NCBI RefSeq assembly: GCF_009914755.1
Contig: NC_060925.1
DNA length: 64,000 nucleotides
Direction: 5' to 3' (one strand)
Origin: the human T2T-CHM13v2.0 reference genome, Homo sapiens
Both the position numbers and the translations under genes were made by a program. A model generated the notes under the pieces. It saw nothing but the letters and a program-made list of their open reading frames with translations, was not told the DNA's origin and searched no databases. This document shows positions 24,818 to 38,417 of this stretch, one piece after another. Each line of letters begins with the position of its first letter. Within the stretch, counting starts at the first letter, position 1.

Positions 24818-27800
24818 GTAACTTCCTTGTGTTGTGTGTATTCAACTCACAGAGTTGAAGGATCCTTTACAGAGAGCAGGCTTGAAACACTCTTTTTGTC
24901 GAATTTGCAAGTGGAGATTTCAGCCGCTTTGAGGTCAATGGTAGAATAGGAAATATCTTCTTATAGAAACTAGACAGAATGATTCTCATGAACTCCTTTG
25001 TGATGTGTGCGTTCAACTCACAGAGTTTAACCTTTCTTTTCATAGAGCAGTTAGGAAACACTCTGTTTGTAAAGTCTGCAAGTGGATATTCAGACCTCCT
25101 TGAGGCCTTCGTTGGAAACGGGATTTCATCATATTCTGCTAGACAGAAGAATTCTCAGTAACTTCCTTGTGTTGTGTTTATTCAACTCACAGAGTTGAAT
25201 GATCCTTTACACAGAGCAGACTTGAAACACTCTTTTTGTGGAATTTGCAAGTGGAGATTTCAGCCGCTTTGAGGTCAATGGTAGAAAAGTAAATATCTTC
25301 GTATAAAGACTAGACAGAATGATTCTCAGAAACTCCTTTGTGATGTGTGCGTTCAACTCACAGAGTTTAACCTTTCTGTTCATAGAGCAGTTAGGAAACA
25401 CTCTGTTTGTAAAGTCTGCAAGTGGATATTCAGACCTCCTTGAGGCCTTCGTTGGAAACGGGATTTCTTCATATTCTGCTAGACAGAAGAATTCTCAGTA
25501 ACTTCCTTGTGTTGTGTGTATTCAACTCACAGAGTTGAACGATCCTTTACACAGAGCAGACTTGAAACACTCTTTTTGTGGAATTTGCAAGTGGAGATTT
25601 CAGCCGCTTTGAGGTCAATGGTAGAAAAGGAAATATCTTCCTATAAAGACTAGACAGAATGATTCTCAGAAACTCCTTTGTGATGTGTGCGTTCAACTCA
25701 CAGAGTTTAACCTTTCTTTTCATAGAGCAGTTAGGAAACACTCTGTTTGTAAAGTCTGCAAGTGGATATTCAGACCTCTTTGAGGCCTTCGTTGGAAACG
25801 GGATTTCTTCCTATTCTGCTAGACAGAAGAATTCTCAGTAACTTCCTTGTGTTGTGTGTATTCAACTCACAGAGTTGAACGATCCTTTACACAGAGCAGA
25901 CTTGAAACACTCTTTTTGTGGAATTTGCAAGTGGAGATTTCAGCCGCTTTGAGGTCAATAGTAGAAAAGGAAATATCTTCGTAGAAAAACTAGACAGAAT
26001 GATTCTCAGAAACTCCTTTGTGATGTGTGTGTTCAACTCACAGAGTTTAACCTTTCTTTTCATAGAGCAGTTAGTAAACACTCTGTTTATAAAGTCTGCA
26101 AGTGGATATTCAGACCCCTTTGAGGCCTTCGTTGGAAACGGGATTTCTTCATATTATGCTAGACAGAAGAATTCTCAGTAACTTCCTTGTGTTGTGTGTA
26201 TTCAACTGACAGAGTTGAACTTTCATTTAGAGAGAGCAGATTTGAAACACTGTTTTTGTGGAATTTGCAAGTGGAGATTTCAAGCGCTTTGGGGCCAAAG
26301 GCAGAAAAGGAAATATCTTCGTATAAAAACTAGACAGAATCATTCTCAGAAACTGCTGCGTGATGTGTGCGTTCAACTCTCAGAGTTTAACTTTTCTTTT
26401 CATTCAGCGGTTTGGAAACACTATGTTTGTAAAGTCTGCACGTGGATATTTTGACCACTTAGAGGCCTTCGTTGGAAACGGGTTTTTTTCATGTAAGGCT
26501 AGACAGAAGAATTCCCAGTAACTTCCTTGTGTTGTGTGCATTCAACTCACAGAGTTGAACGTTCCCTTAGACAGAGCAGATTTGAAACACTCTATTTGTG
26601 CAATTTGCAAGTGTAGATTTCAAGCGCTTTAAGGTCAACGGCAGAAAAGGAAATATCTTCGTTTCAAAACTAGACAGAATCATTCCCACAAACTGCGTTG
26701 TGATGTGTTCGTTCAACTCACAGAGTTTAACCTTTCTGTTCATAGAGCAGTTAGGAAACACTCTGTTTGTAAAGTCTGTAAGTGGATATTCTGACATCTT
26801 GTGGCCTTCGTTGGAAACGGGATTTCTTCATATTCTGCTAGACAGAAGAATTCTCAGTAACTTCCTTGTGTTGTGTGTATTCAACTCACAGAGTTGAACG
26901 ATCCTTTACACAGAGCAGACTTGAAACACTCTTTTTGTGGAATTTGCAAGTGGAGATTTCAGCCGCTTTGAGGTCAATGGTAGAAAAGGAAACTATCTTC
27001 ATATAAAGACTAGACAGAATGATTCTCAGAAAATCTTTTGTGATGTGTGCGTTCAACTCACAGAGTTTAACTTTTCTTCTCATAGAGCAGTTAGGAAACA
27101 CTCTGTTTGTAAAGTCTGCAAGTGGATATTCAGACCTCTTTGAGGCCTTCGTTGGAAACGGGATTTCTTCATATTATGCTAGACAGAATAATTCTCAGTA
27201 ACTTCCTTGTGTTGTGTGTATTCAACTCACAGAGTTGAAGGATCCTTTACAGAGAGCAGGCTTGAAACACTCTTTTTGTCGAATTTGCAAGTGGAGATTT
27301 CAGCCGCTTTGAGGTCAATGGTAGAATAGGAAATATCTTCTTATAGAAACTAGACAGAATGATTCTCATGAACTCCTTTGTGATGTGTGCGTTCAACTCA
27401 CAGAGTTTAACCTTTCTTTTCATAGAGCAGTTAGGAAACACTCTGTTTGTAAAGTCTGCAAGTGGATATTCAGACCTCCTTGAGGCCTTCGTTGGAAACG
27501 GGATTTCTTCATATTCTGCTAGACAGAAGAATTCTCAGTAACTTCCTTGTGTTGTGTTTATTCAACTCACAGAGTTGAATGATCCTTTACACAGAGCAGA
27601 CTTGAAACACTCTTTTTGTGGAATTTGCAAGTGGAGATTTCAGCCGCTTTGAGGTCAATGGTAGAAAAGTAAATATCTTCGTATAAAGACTAGACAGAAT
27701 GATTCTCAGAAACTCCTTTGTGATGTGTGCGTTCAACTCACAGAGTTTAACCTTTCTGTTCATAGAGCAGTTAGGAAACACTCTGTTTGTAAAGTCTGCA

Positions 27801-30800
27801 AGTGGATATTCAGACCTCCTTGAGGCCTTCGTTGGAAACGGGATTTCTTCATCTTCTGCTAGACAGAAGAATTCTCAGTAACTTCCTTGTGTTGTGTGTA
27901 TTCAACTCACAGAGTTGAACGATACTTTACACAGAGCAGACTTGAAACACTCTTTTTGTGGAATTTGCAAGTGGAGATTTCAGCCGCTTTGAGGTCAATG
28001 GTAGAAAAGGAAACTATCTTCATATAAAGACTAGACTGAATGATTCTCAGAAAATCTTTTGTGATGTGTGCGTTCAGCTCACAGAGTTTAACTTTTCTTC
28101 TCATAGAGCAGTTAGGAAACACTCTGTTTGTAAAGTCTGCAAGTGGATATTCAGACCTCTTTGAGGCCTTCGTTGGAAACGGGATTTCTTCATATTATGC
28201 TAGACAGAATAATTCTCAGTAACTTCCTTGTGTTGTGTGTATTCAACTGACAGAGTTGAAGGATCCTTTACAGACAGCAGGCTTGAAACACTCTTTTTGT
28301 CGAATTTGCAAGTGGAGATTTCAGCCGCTTTGAGGTCAATGGTAGAATAGGAAATATCTTCTTATAGAAACTAGACAAAATGATTCTCATGAACTCCTTT
28401 GTGATGTGTGCGTTCAACTCACAGAGTTTAACCTTTCTTTTCATAGAGCAGTTAGGAAACACTCTGTTTGTAAAGTCTGCAAGTGGATATTCAGACCTCC
28501 TTGAGGCCTTCGTTGGAAACGGGATTTCTTCATATTCTGCTAGACAGAAGAATTCTCAGTAACTTCCTTGTGTTGTGTTTATTCAACTCACAGAGTTGAA
28601 TGATCCTTTACACAGAGCAAACTTGAAACACTCTTTTTGTGGAATTTGCAAGTGGAGATTTCAGCCGCTTTGAGGTCAATGGTAGAAAAGTAAATATCTT
28701 CGTATAAAGACTAGACAGAATGATTCTCAGAAACTCCTTTGTGATGTGTGCGTTCAACTCACAGAGTTTAACCTTTCTGTTCATAGAGCAGTTAGGAAAC
28801 ACTCTGTTTGTAAAGTCTGCAAGTGGATATTCAGACCTCCTTGAGGCCTTCGTTGGAAACGGGATTTCTTCATATTCTGCTAGACAGAAGAATTCTCAGT
28901 AACTTCCTTGTGTTGTGTGTATTCAACTCACAGAGTTGAACGATCCTTTACACAGAGCAGACTTGAAACACTCTTTTTGTGGAATTTGCAAGTGGAGATT
29001 TCAGCCGCTTTGAGGTCAATAGTAGAAAAGGAAATATCTTCGTAGAAAAACTAGACAGAATGATTCTCAGAAACTCCTTTGTGATGTGTGTGTTTAACTC
29101 ACAGAGTTTAACCTTTCTTTTCATAGAGCAGTTAGTAAACACTCTGTTTATAAATTCTGCATGTGGATATTCAGACCCCTTTGAGGCCTTCGTTGGAAAC
29201 GGGATTTCTTCATATTATGCTAGACAGAAGAATTCTCAGTAACTTCCTTGTGTTGTGTGTATTCAACTGACAGAGTTGAACTTTCATTTGGAGAGAGCAG
29301 ATTTGAAACACTGTTTTTGTGGAATTTGCAAGTGGAGATTTCAAGCGCTTTGGGGCCAAAGGCAGAAAAGGTAATATCTTCGTATAAAAACTAGACAGAA
29401 TCATTCTCAGAAACTGCTGCGTGATGTGTGCGTTCAACTCTCAGAGTTTAACTTTTCTTTTCATTCAGCGGTTTGGAAACACTCTGTTTGTAAAGTCTGC
29501 ACGTGGATATTTTGAACACTTAGAGGCCTTCGTTGGAAACGGGTTTTTTTCATGTAAGGCTAGACAGAAGAATTCCCAGTAACTTCCTTGTGTTGTGTGC
29601 ATTCAACTCACAGAGTTGAACGTTCCCTTAGACAGAGCAGATTTGAAACACTCTATTTGTGCAATTTGCAAGTGTAGATTTCAAGCGCTTTAAGGTCAAC
29701 GGCAGAAAAGGAAATATCTTCGTTTCAAAACTAGACAGAATCATTCCCACAAACTGCGTTGTGATGTGTTCGTTCAACTCACAGAGTTTAACCTTTCTGT
29801 TCATAGAGCAGTTAGGAAACACTCTGTTTGTAAAGTCTGTAAGTGGATATTCTGACATCTTGTGGCCTTCGTTGGAAACGGGATTTCTTCATATTCTGCT
29901 AGACAGAAGAATTCTCAGTAACTTCCTTGTGTTGTGTGTATTCAACTCACAGAGTTGAAGGATCCTTTACAGAGAGCAGGCTTGAAACACTCTTTTTGTC
30001 GAATTTGCAAGTGGAGATTTCAGCCGCTTTGAGGTCAATGGTAGAATAGGAAATATCTTCTTATAGAAACTAGACAAAATGATTCTCATGAACTCCTTTG
30101 TGATGTGTGCGTTCAACTCACAGAGTTTAACCTTTCTTTTCATAGAGCAGTTAGGAAACACTCTGTTTGTAAAGTCTGCAAGTGGATATTCAGACCTCCT
30201 TGAGGCCTTCGTTGGAAACGGGATTTCTTCATATTCTGCTAGACAGAAGAATTCTCAGTAACTTCCTTGTGTTGTGTTTATTCAACTCACAGAGTTGAAT
30301 GATCCTTTACACAGAGCAGACTTGAAACACTCTTTTTGTGGAATTTGCAAGTGGAGATTTCAGCCGCTTTGAGGTCAATGGTAGAAAAGTAAATATCTTC
30401 GTATAAAGACTAGACAGAATGATTCTCAGAAACTCCTTTGTGATGTGTGCGTTCAACTCACAGAGTTTAACCTTTCTGTTCATAGAGCAGTTAGGAAACA
30501 CTCTGTTTGTAAAGTCTGCAAGTGGATATTCAGACCTCCTTGAGGCCTTCGTTGGAAACGGGATTTCTTCATATTCTGCTAGACAGAAGAATTCTCAGTA
30601 ACTTCCTTGTGTTGTGTGTATTCAACTCACAGAGTTGAACGATACTTTACACAGAGCAGACTTGAAACACTCTTTTTGTGGAATTTGCAAGTGGAGATTT
30701 CAGCCGCTTTGAGGTCAATGGTAGAAAAGGAAATATCTTCGTATAAAGACTAGACAGAATGATTCTCAGAAACTCCTTTGTGATGTGTGCGTTCAACTCA

Positions 30801-33800
30801 CAGAGTTTAACTTTTCTTTTCAAAGAGCAGTTAGGAAACACTCTGTTTGTAAAGTCTGCAAGTGGATATTCAGACCTCTTTGAGGCCTTCGTTGGAAACG
30901 GGATTTCTTCATATTATGCTAGACAGAAGAATTCTCAGTAACTTCCTTGTGTTGTGTGTATTCAACTCACAGAGTTGAACGATCCTTTACACAGAGCAGA
31001 CTTGAAACACTCTTTTTGTGGAATTTGCAAGTGGAGATTTCAGCCGCTTTGAGGTCAATAGTAGAAAAGGAAATATCTTCGTAGAAAAACTAGACAGAAT
31101 GATTCTCAGAAACTCCTTTGTGATGTGTGTGTTCAACTCACAGAGTTTAACCTTTCTTTTCATAGAGCAGTTAGTAAACACTCTGTTTATAAAGTCTGCA
31201 AGTGGATATTCAGACCCCTTTGAGGCCTTCGTTGGAAACGGGATTTCTTCATATTCTGCTAGACAGAAGAATTCTCAGTAACTTCCTTGTGTTGTGTGTA
31301 TTCAACTGACAGAGTTGAACTTTCATTTAGAGAGAGCAGATTTGAAACACTGTTTTTGTGGAATTTGCAAGTGGAGATTTCAAGCGCTTTGGGGCCAAAG
31401 GCAGAAAAGGAAATATCTTCGTATAAAAACTAGACAGAATCATTCTCAGAAACTGCTGCGTGATGTGTGCGTTCAACTCTCAGAGTTTAACTTTTCTTTT
31501 CATTCAGCGGTTTGGAAACACTCTGTTTGTAAAGTCTGCACGTGGATATTTTGACCACTTAGAGGCCTTCGTTGGAAACGGGTTTTTTTCATGTAAGGCT
31601 AGACAGAAGAATTCCCAGTAACTTCCTTGTGTTGTGTGCATTCAACTCACAGAGTTGAACGTTCCCTTAGACAGAGCAGATTTGAAACACTCTATTTGTG
31701 CAATTTGCAAGTGTAGATTTCAAGCGCTTTAAGGTCAACGGCAGAAAAGGAAATATCTTCGTTTCAAAACTAGACAGAATCATTCCCACAAACTGCGTTG
31801 TGATGTGTTCGTTCAACTCACAGAGTTTAACCTTTCTTTTCATAGAGAAGTTAGGAAACACTCTGTTTGTAAAGTCTGCAAGTGGATATTCAGACTTCCT
31901 TGAGGCCTTCGTTGGAAACGGGATTTCTTCATATTCTGCTAGACAGAAGAATTCTCAGTAACTTCCTTGTGTTCTGTTTATTCAACTCACAGAGTTGAAT
32001 GATCCTTTACACAGAGCAGACTTGAAACACTCTTTTTGTGGAATTTGCAAGTGGAGATTTCAGCCGCTTTGGGGTCAATGGTAGAAAAGTAAATATCTTC
32101 GTATAAAGACTAGACAGAATGATTCTCAGAAACTCCTTTGTGATGTGTGCGTTCAACTCACAGAGTTTAACCTTTCTGTTCATAGAGCAGTTAGGAAACA
32201 CTCTGTTTGTAATGTCTGCAAGTGGATATTCAGACCTCCTTGAGGCCTTCGTTGGAAACGGGATTTCTTCATATTCTGCTAGACAGAAGAATTCTCACTA
32301 ACTTCCTTGTGTTGTGTGTATTCAACTCACAGAGTTGAACGATCCTTTACACAGAGCAGACTTGAAACACTCTTTTTGTGGAATTTGCAAGTGGAGATTT
32401 CAGCCGCTTTGAGGTCAATGGTAGAAAAGGAAACTATCTTCATATAAAGACTAGACTGAATGATTCTCAGAAAATCTTTTGTGATGTGTGCGTTCAACTC
32501 ACAGAGTTTAACTTTTCTTCTCATAGAGCAGTTAGGAAACACTCTGTTTGTAATGTCTGCAAGTGGATATTCAGACCTCCTTGAGGCCTTCGTTGGAAAC
32601 GGGATTTCTTCATATTATGCTAGACAGAATAATTCTCAGTAACTTCCTTGTGTTGTGTGTATTCAACTGACAGAGTTGAAGGATCCTTTACAGAGAGCAG
32701 GCTTGAAACACTCTTTTTGTCGAATTTGCAAGTGGAGATTTCAGCCGCTTTGAGGTCAATGGTAGAATAGGAAATATCTTCTTATAGAAACTAGACAAAA
32801 TGATTCTCATGAACTCCTTTGTGATGTGTGCGTTCAACTCACAGAGTTTAACCTTTCTTTTCATAGAGCAGTTAGGAAACACTCTGTTTGTAAAGTCTGC
32901 AAGTGGATATTCAGACCTCCTTGAGGCCTTCGTTGGAAACGGGATTTCTTCATATTCTGCTAGACAGAAGAATTCTCAGTAACTTCCTTGTGTTGTGTTT
33001 ATTCAACTCACAGAGTTGAATGATCCTTTACACAGAGCAGACTTGAAACACTCTTTTTGTGGAATTTGCAAGTGGAGATTTCAGCCGCTTTGAGGTCAAT
33101 GGTAGAAAAGTAAATATCTTCGTATAAAGACTAGACAGAATGATTCTCAGAAACTCCTTTGTGATGTGTGCGTTCAACTCACAGAGTTTAACCTTTCTGT
33201 TCATAGAGCAGTTAGGAAACACTCTGTTTGTAAAGTCTGCAAGTGGATATTCAGACCTCCTTGAGGCCTTCGTTGGAAACGGGATTTCTTCATATTCTGC
33301 TAGACAGAAGAATTCTCAGTAACTTCCTTGTGTTGTGTGTATTCAACTCACAGAGTTGAACGATCCTTTACACAGAGCAGACTTGAAACACTCTTTTTGT
33401 GGAATTTGCAAGTGGAGATTTCAGCCGCTTTGAGGTCAATAGTAGAAAAGGAAATATCTTCGTAGAAAAACTAGACAGAATGATTCTCAGAAACTCCTTT
33501 GTGATGTGTGTGTTCAACTCACAGAGTTTAACCTTTCTTTTCATAGAGCAGTTAGTAAACACTCTGTTTATAAAGTCTGCAAGTGGATATTCAGACCCCT
33601 TTGAGGCCTTCGTTGGAAACGGGATTTCTTCATATTCTGCTAGACAGAAGAATTCTCAGTAACTTCCTTGTGTTGTGTGTATTCAACTGACAGAGTTGAA
33701 CTTTCATTTGGAGAGAGCAGATTTGAAACACTGTTTTTGTGGAATTTGCAAGTGGAGATTTCAAGCGCTTTGGGGCCAAAGGCAGAAAAGGAAATATCTT

Positions 33801-36377
33801 CGTATAAAAACTAGACAGAATCATTCTCAGAAACTGCTGCGTGATGTGTGCGTTCAACTCTCAGAGTTTAACTTTTCTTTTCATTCAGCGGTTTGGAAAC
33901 ACTCTGTTTGTAAAGTCTGCACGTGGATATTTTGACCACTTAGAGGCCTTCGTTGGAAACGGGTTTTTTTCATGTAAGGCTAGACAGAAGAATTCCCAGT
34001 AACTTCCTTGTGTTGTGTGCATTCAACTCACAGAGTTGAACGTTCCCTTAGACAGAGCAGATTTGAAACACTCTATTTGTGCAATTTGCAAGTGTAGATT
34101 TCAAGCGCTTTAAGGTCAACGGCAGAAAAGGAAATATCTTCGTTTCAAAACTAGACAGAATCATTCCCACAAACTGCGATGTGATGTGTTCGTTCAACTC
34201 ACAGAGTTTAACCTTTCTGTTCATAGAGCAGTTAGGAAACACTCTGTTTGTAAAGTCTGTAAGTGGATATTCTGACATCTTGTGGCCTTCGTTGGAAACG
34301 GGATTTCTTCATATTCTGCTAGACAGAAGAATTCTCAGTAACTTCCTTGTGTTGTGTGTATTCAACTCACAGAGTTGAACGATCCTTTACACAGAGCAGA
34401 CTTGAAACACTCTTTTTGTGGAATTTGCAAGTGGAGATTTCAGCCGCTTTGAGGTCAATGGTAGAAAAGGAAACTATCTTCATATAAAGACTAGACAGAA
34501 TGATTCTCAGAAAATCTTTTGTGATGTGTGCGTTCAACTCACAGAGTTTAACTTTTCTTCTCATAGAGCAGTTAGGAAACACTCTGTTTGTAAAGTCTGC
34601 AAGTGGATATTCAGACCTCTTTGAGGCCTTCGTTGGAAACGGGATTTCTTCATATTCTGCTAGACAGAAGAATTCTCAGTAACTTCCTTGTGTTGTGTGT
34701 ATTCAACTCACAGAGTTGAAGGATCCTTTACAGAGAGCAGGCTTGAAACACTCTTTTTGTCGAATTTGCAAGTGGAGATTTCAGCCGCTTTGAGGTCAAT
34801 GGTAGAATAGGAAATATCTTCTTATAGAAACTAGACAAAATGATTCTCATGAACTCCTTTGTGATGTGTGCGTTCAACTCACAGAGTTTAACCTTTCTTT
34901 TCATAGAGCAGTTAGGAAACACTCTGTTTGTAAAGTCTGCAAGTGGATATTCAGACCTCCTTGAGGCCTTCGTTGGAAACGGGATTTCTTCATATTCTGC
35001 TAGACAGAAGAATTCTCAGTAACTTCCTTGTGTTGTGTTTATTCAACTCACAGAGTTGAATGATCCTTTACACAGAGCAGACTTGAAACACTCTTTTTGT
35101 GGAATTTGCAAGTGGAGATTTCAGCCGCTTTGAGGTCAATGGTAGAAAAGTAAATATCTTCGTATAAAGACTAGACAGAATGATTCTCAGAAACTCCTTT
35201 GTGATGTGTGCGTTCAACTCACAGAGTTTAACCTTTCTGTTCATAGAGCAGTTAGGAAACACTCTGTTTGTAAAGTCTGCAAGTGGATATTCAGACCTCC
35301 TTGAGGCCTTCGTTGGAAACGGGATTTCTTGCTATTCTGCTAGACAGAAGAATTCTCAGTAACTTCCTTGTGTTGTGTGTATTCAACTCACAGAGTTGAA
35401 CGATCCTTTACACAGAGCAGACTTGAAACACTCTTTTTGTGGAATTTGCAAGTGGAGATTTCAGCCGCTTTGAGGTCAATAGTAGAAAAGGAAATATCTT
35501 CGTAGAAAAACTAGACAGAATGATTCTCAGAAACTCCTTTGTGATGTGTGTGTTCAACTCACAGAGTTTAACCTTTCTTTTCATAGAGCAGTTAGTAAAC
35601 ACTCTGTTTATAAAGTCTGCAAGTGGATATTCAGACCCCTTTGAGGCCTTCGTTGGAAACGGGATTTCTTCATATTCTGCTAGACAGAAGAATTCTCAGT
35701 AACTTCCTTGTGTTGTGTGTATTCAACTGACAGAGTTGAACTTTCATTTGGAGAGAGCAGATTTGAAACACTGTTTTTGTGGAATTTGCAAGTGGAGATT
35801 TCAAGCGCTCTGGGGCCAAAGGCAGAAAAGGAAATATCTTCGTATAAAAACTAGACAGAATCATTCTCAGAAACTGCTGCGTGATGTGTGCGTTCAACTC
35901 TCAGAGTTTAACTTTTCTTTTCATTCAGCGGTTTGGAAACACTCTGTTTGTAAAGTCTGCACGTGGATATTTTGACCACTTAGAGGCCTTCGTTGGAAAC
36001 GGGTTTTTTTCATGTAAGGCTAGACAGAAGAATTCCCAGTAACTTCCTTGTGTTGTGTGCATTCAACTCACAGAGTTGAACGTTCCCTTAGACAGAGCAG
36101 ATTTGAAACACTCTATTTGTGCAATTTGCAAGTGTAGATTTCAAGCGCTTTAAGGTCAACGGCAGAAAAGGAAATATCTTCGTTTCAAAACTAGACAGAA
36201 TCATTCCCACAAACTGCGTTGTGATGTGTTCGTTCAACTCACAGAGTTTAACCTTTCTGTTCATAGAGCAGTTAGGAAACACTCTGTTTGTAAAGTCTGT
36301 AAGTGGATATTCTGACATCTTGTGGCCTTCGTTGGAAACGGGATTTCTTCATATTCTGCTAGACAGAAGAATTCTCA
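24818..36377 (+). repeat. Near-identical copy of 1-11559 (intra-array segmental duplication, offset 24817/24818)
   Basis: Identical order of 34 dimer types, including rare variants, plus shared private SNPs such as A at 311/25128 and A at 1606/26423. Confidence 0.93.
26857..29917 (+). repeat. Second copy of the 18-mer HOR variant
   Basis: Same dimer order and the same private SNPs (ATCTTCTG, GATACTTT, GTTCAGCTC, GAGCAAAC) at offset 24817. Confidence 0.9.
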
Positions 36378-38417
36378 GTAACTTCCTTGTGTTGTGTGTA
36401 TTCAACTCACAGAGTTGAACGATCCTTTACACAGAGAAGACTTGAAACACTCTTTTTGTGGAATTTGCAAGTGGAGATTTCAGCCGCTTTGAGGTCAATG
36501 GTAGAAAAGGAAACTATCTTCATATAAAGACTAGACAGAATGATTCTCAGAAAATCTTTTGTGATGTGTGCGTTCAACTCACAGAGTTTAACTTTTCTTC
36601 TCATAGAGCAGTTAGGAAACACTCTGTTTGTAAAGTCTGCAAGTGGATATTCAGACCTCTTTGAGGCCTTCGTTGGAAACGGGATTTCTTCATATTATGC
36701 TAGACAGAATAATTCTCAGTAACTTCCTTGTGTTGTGTGTAGTCAACTCACAGAGTTGAAGGATCCTTTACAGAGAGCAGGCTTGAAACACTCTTTTTGT
36801 CGAATTTGCAAGTGGAGATTTCAGCCGCTTTGAGGTCAATGGTAGAATAGGAAATATCTTCTTATAGAAACTAGACAAAATGATTCTCATGAACTCCTTT
36901 GTGATGTGTGCGTTCAACTCACAGAGTTTAACCTTTCTTTTCATAGAGCAGTTAGGAAACACTCTGTTTGTAAAGTCTGCAAGTGGATATTCAGACCTCC
37001 TTGAGGCCTTCGTTGGAAACGGGATTTCTTCATATTCTGCTAGACAGAAGAATTCTCATTAACTTCCTTGTGTTGTGTTTATTCAACTCACAGAGTTGAA
37101 TGATCCTTTACACAGAGCAGACTTGAAACACTCTTTTTGTGGAATTTGCAAGTGGAGATTTCAGCCGCTTTGAGGTCAATGGTAGAAAAGTAAATATCTT
37201 CGTATAAAGACTAGACAGAATGATTCTCAGAAACTCCTTTGTGATGTGTGCGTTCAACTCACAGAGTTTAACCTTTCTGTTCATAGAGCAGTTAGGAAAC
37301 ACTCTGTTTGTAAAGTCTGCAAGTGGATATTCAGACCTCCTTGAGGCCTTCGTTGGAAACGGGATTTCTTCATATTCTGCTAGACAGAAGAATTCTCAGT
37401 AACTTCCTTGTGTTGTGTGTATTCAACTCACAGAGTTGAACGATCCTTTACACAGAGCAGACTTGAAACACTCTTTTTGTGGAATTTGCAAGTGGAGATT
37501 TCAGCCGCTTTGAGGTCAATAGTAGAAAAGGAAATATCTTCGTAGAAAAACTAGACAGAATGATTCTCAGAAACTCCTTTGTGAAGTGTGCGTTCAACTC
37601 ACAGAGTTTAACCTTTCTTTTCATAGAGCAGTTAGTAAACACTCTGTTTATAAAGTCTGCAAGTGGATATTCAGACCCCTTTGAGGCCTTCGTTGGAAAC
37701 GGGATTTCTTCATATTATGCTAGACAGAAGAATTCTCAGTAACTTCCTTGTGTTGTGTGTATTCAACTGACAGAGTTGAACTTTCATTTAGAGAGAGCAG
37801 ATTTGAAACACTGTTTTTGTGGAATTTGCAAGTGGAGATTTCAAGCGCTTTGGGGCCAAAGGCAGAAAAGGAAATATCTTCGTATAAAAACTAGACAGAA
37901 TCATTCTCAGAAACTGCTGCGTGATGTGTGCGTTCAACTCTCAGAGTTTAACTTTTCTTTTCATTCAGCGGTTTGGAAACACTCTGTTTGTAAAGTCTGC
38001 ACGTGGATATTTTGACCACTTAGAGGCCTTCGTTGGAAACGGGTTTTTTTCATGTAAGGCTAGACAGAAGAATTCCCAGTAACTTCCTTGTGTTGTGTGC
38101 ATTCAACTCACAGAGTTGAACGTTCCCTTAGACAGAGCAGATTTGAAACACTCTATTTGTGCAATTTGCAAGTGTAGATTTCAAGCGCTTTAAGGTCAAC
38201 GGCAGAAAAGGAAATATCTTCGTTTCAAAACTAGACAGAATCATTCCCACAAACTGCGTTGTGATGTGTTCGTTCAACTCACAGAGTTTAACCTTTCTGT
38301 TCATAGAGCAGTTAGGAAACACTCTGTTTGTAAAGTCTGTAAGTGGATATTCTGACATCTTGTGGCCTTCGTTGGAAACGGGATTTCTTCATATTCTGCT
38401 AGACAGAAGAATTCTCA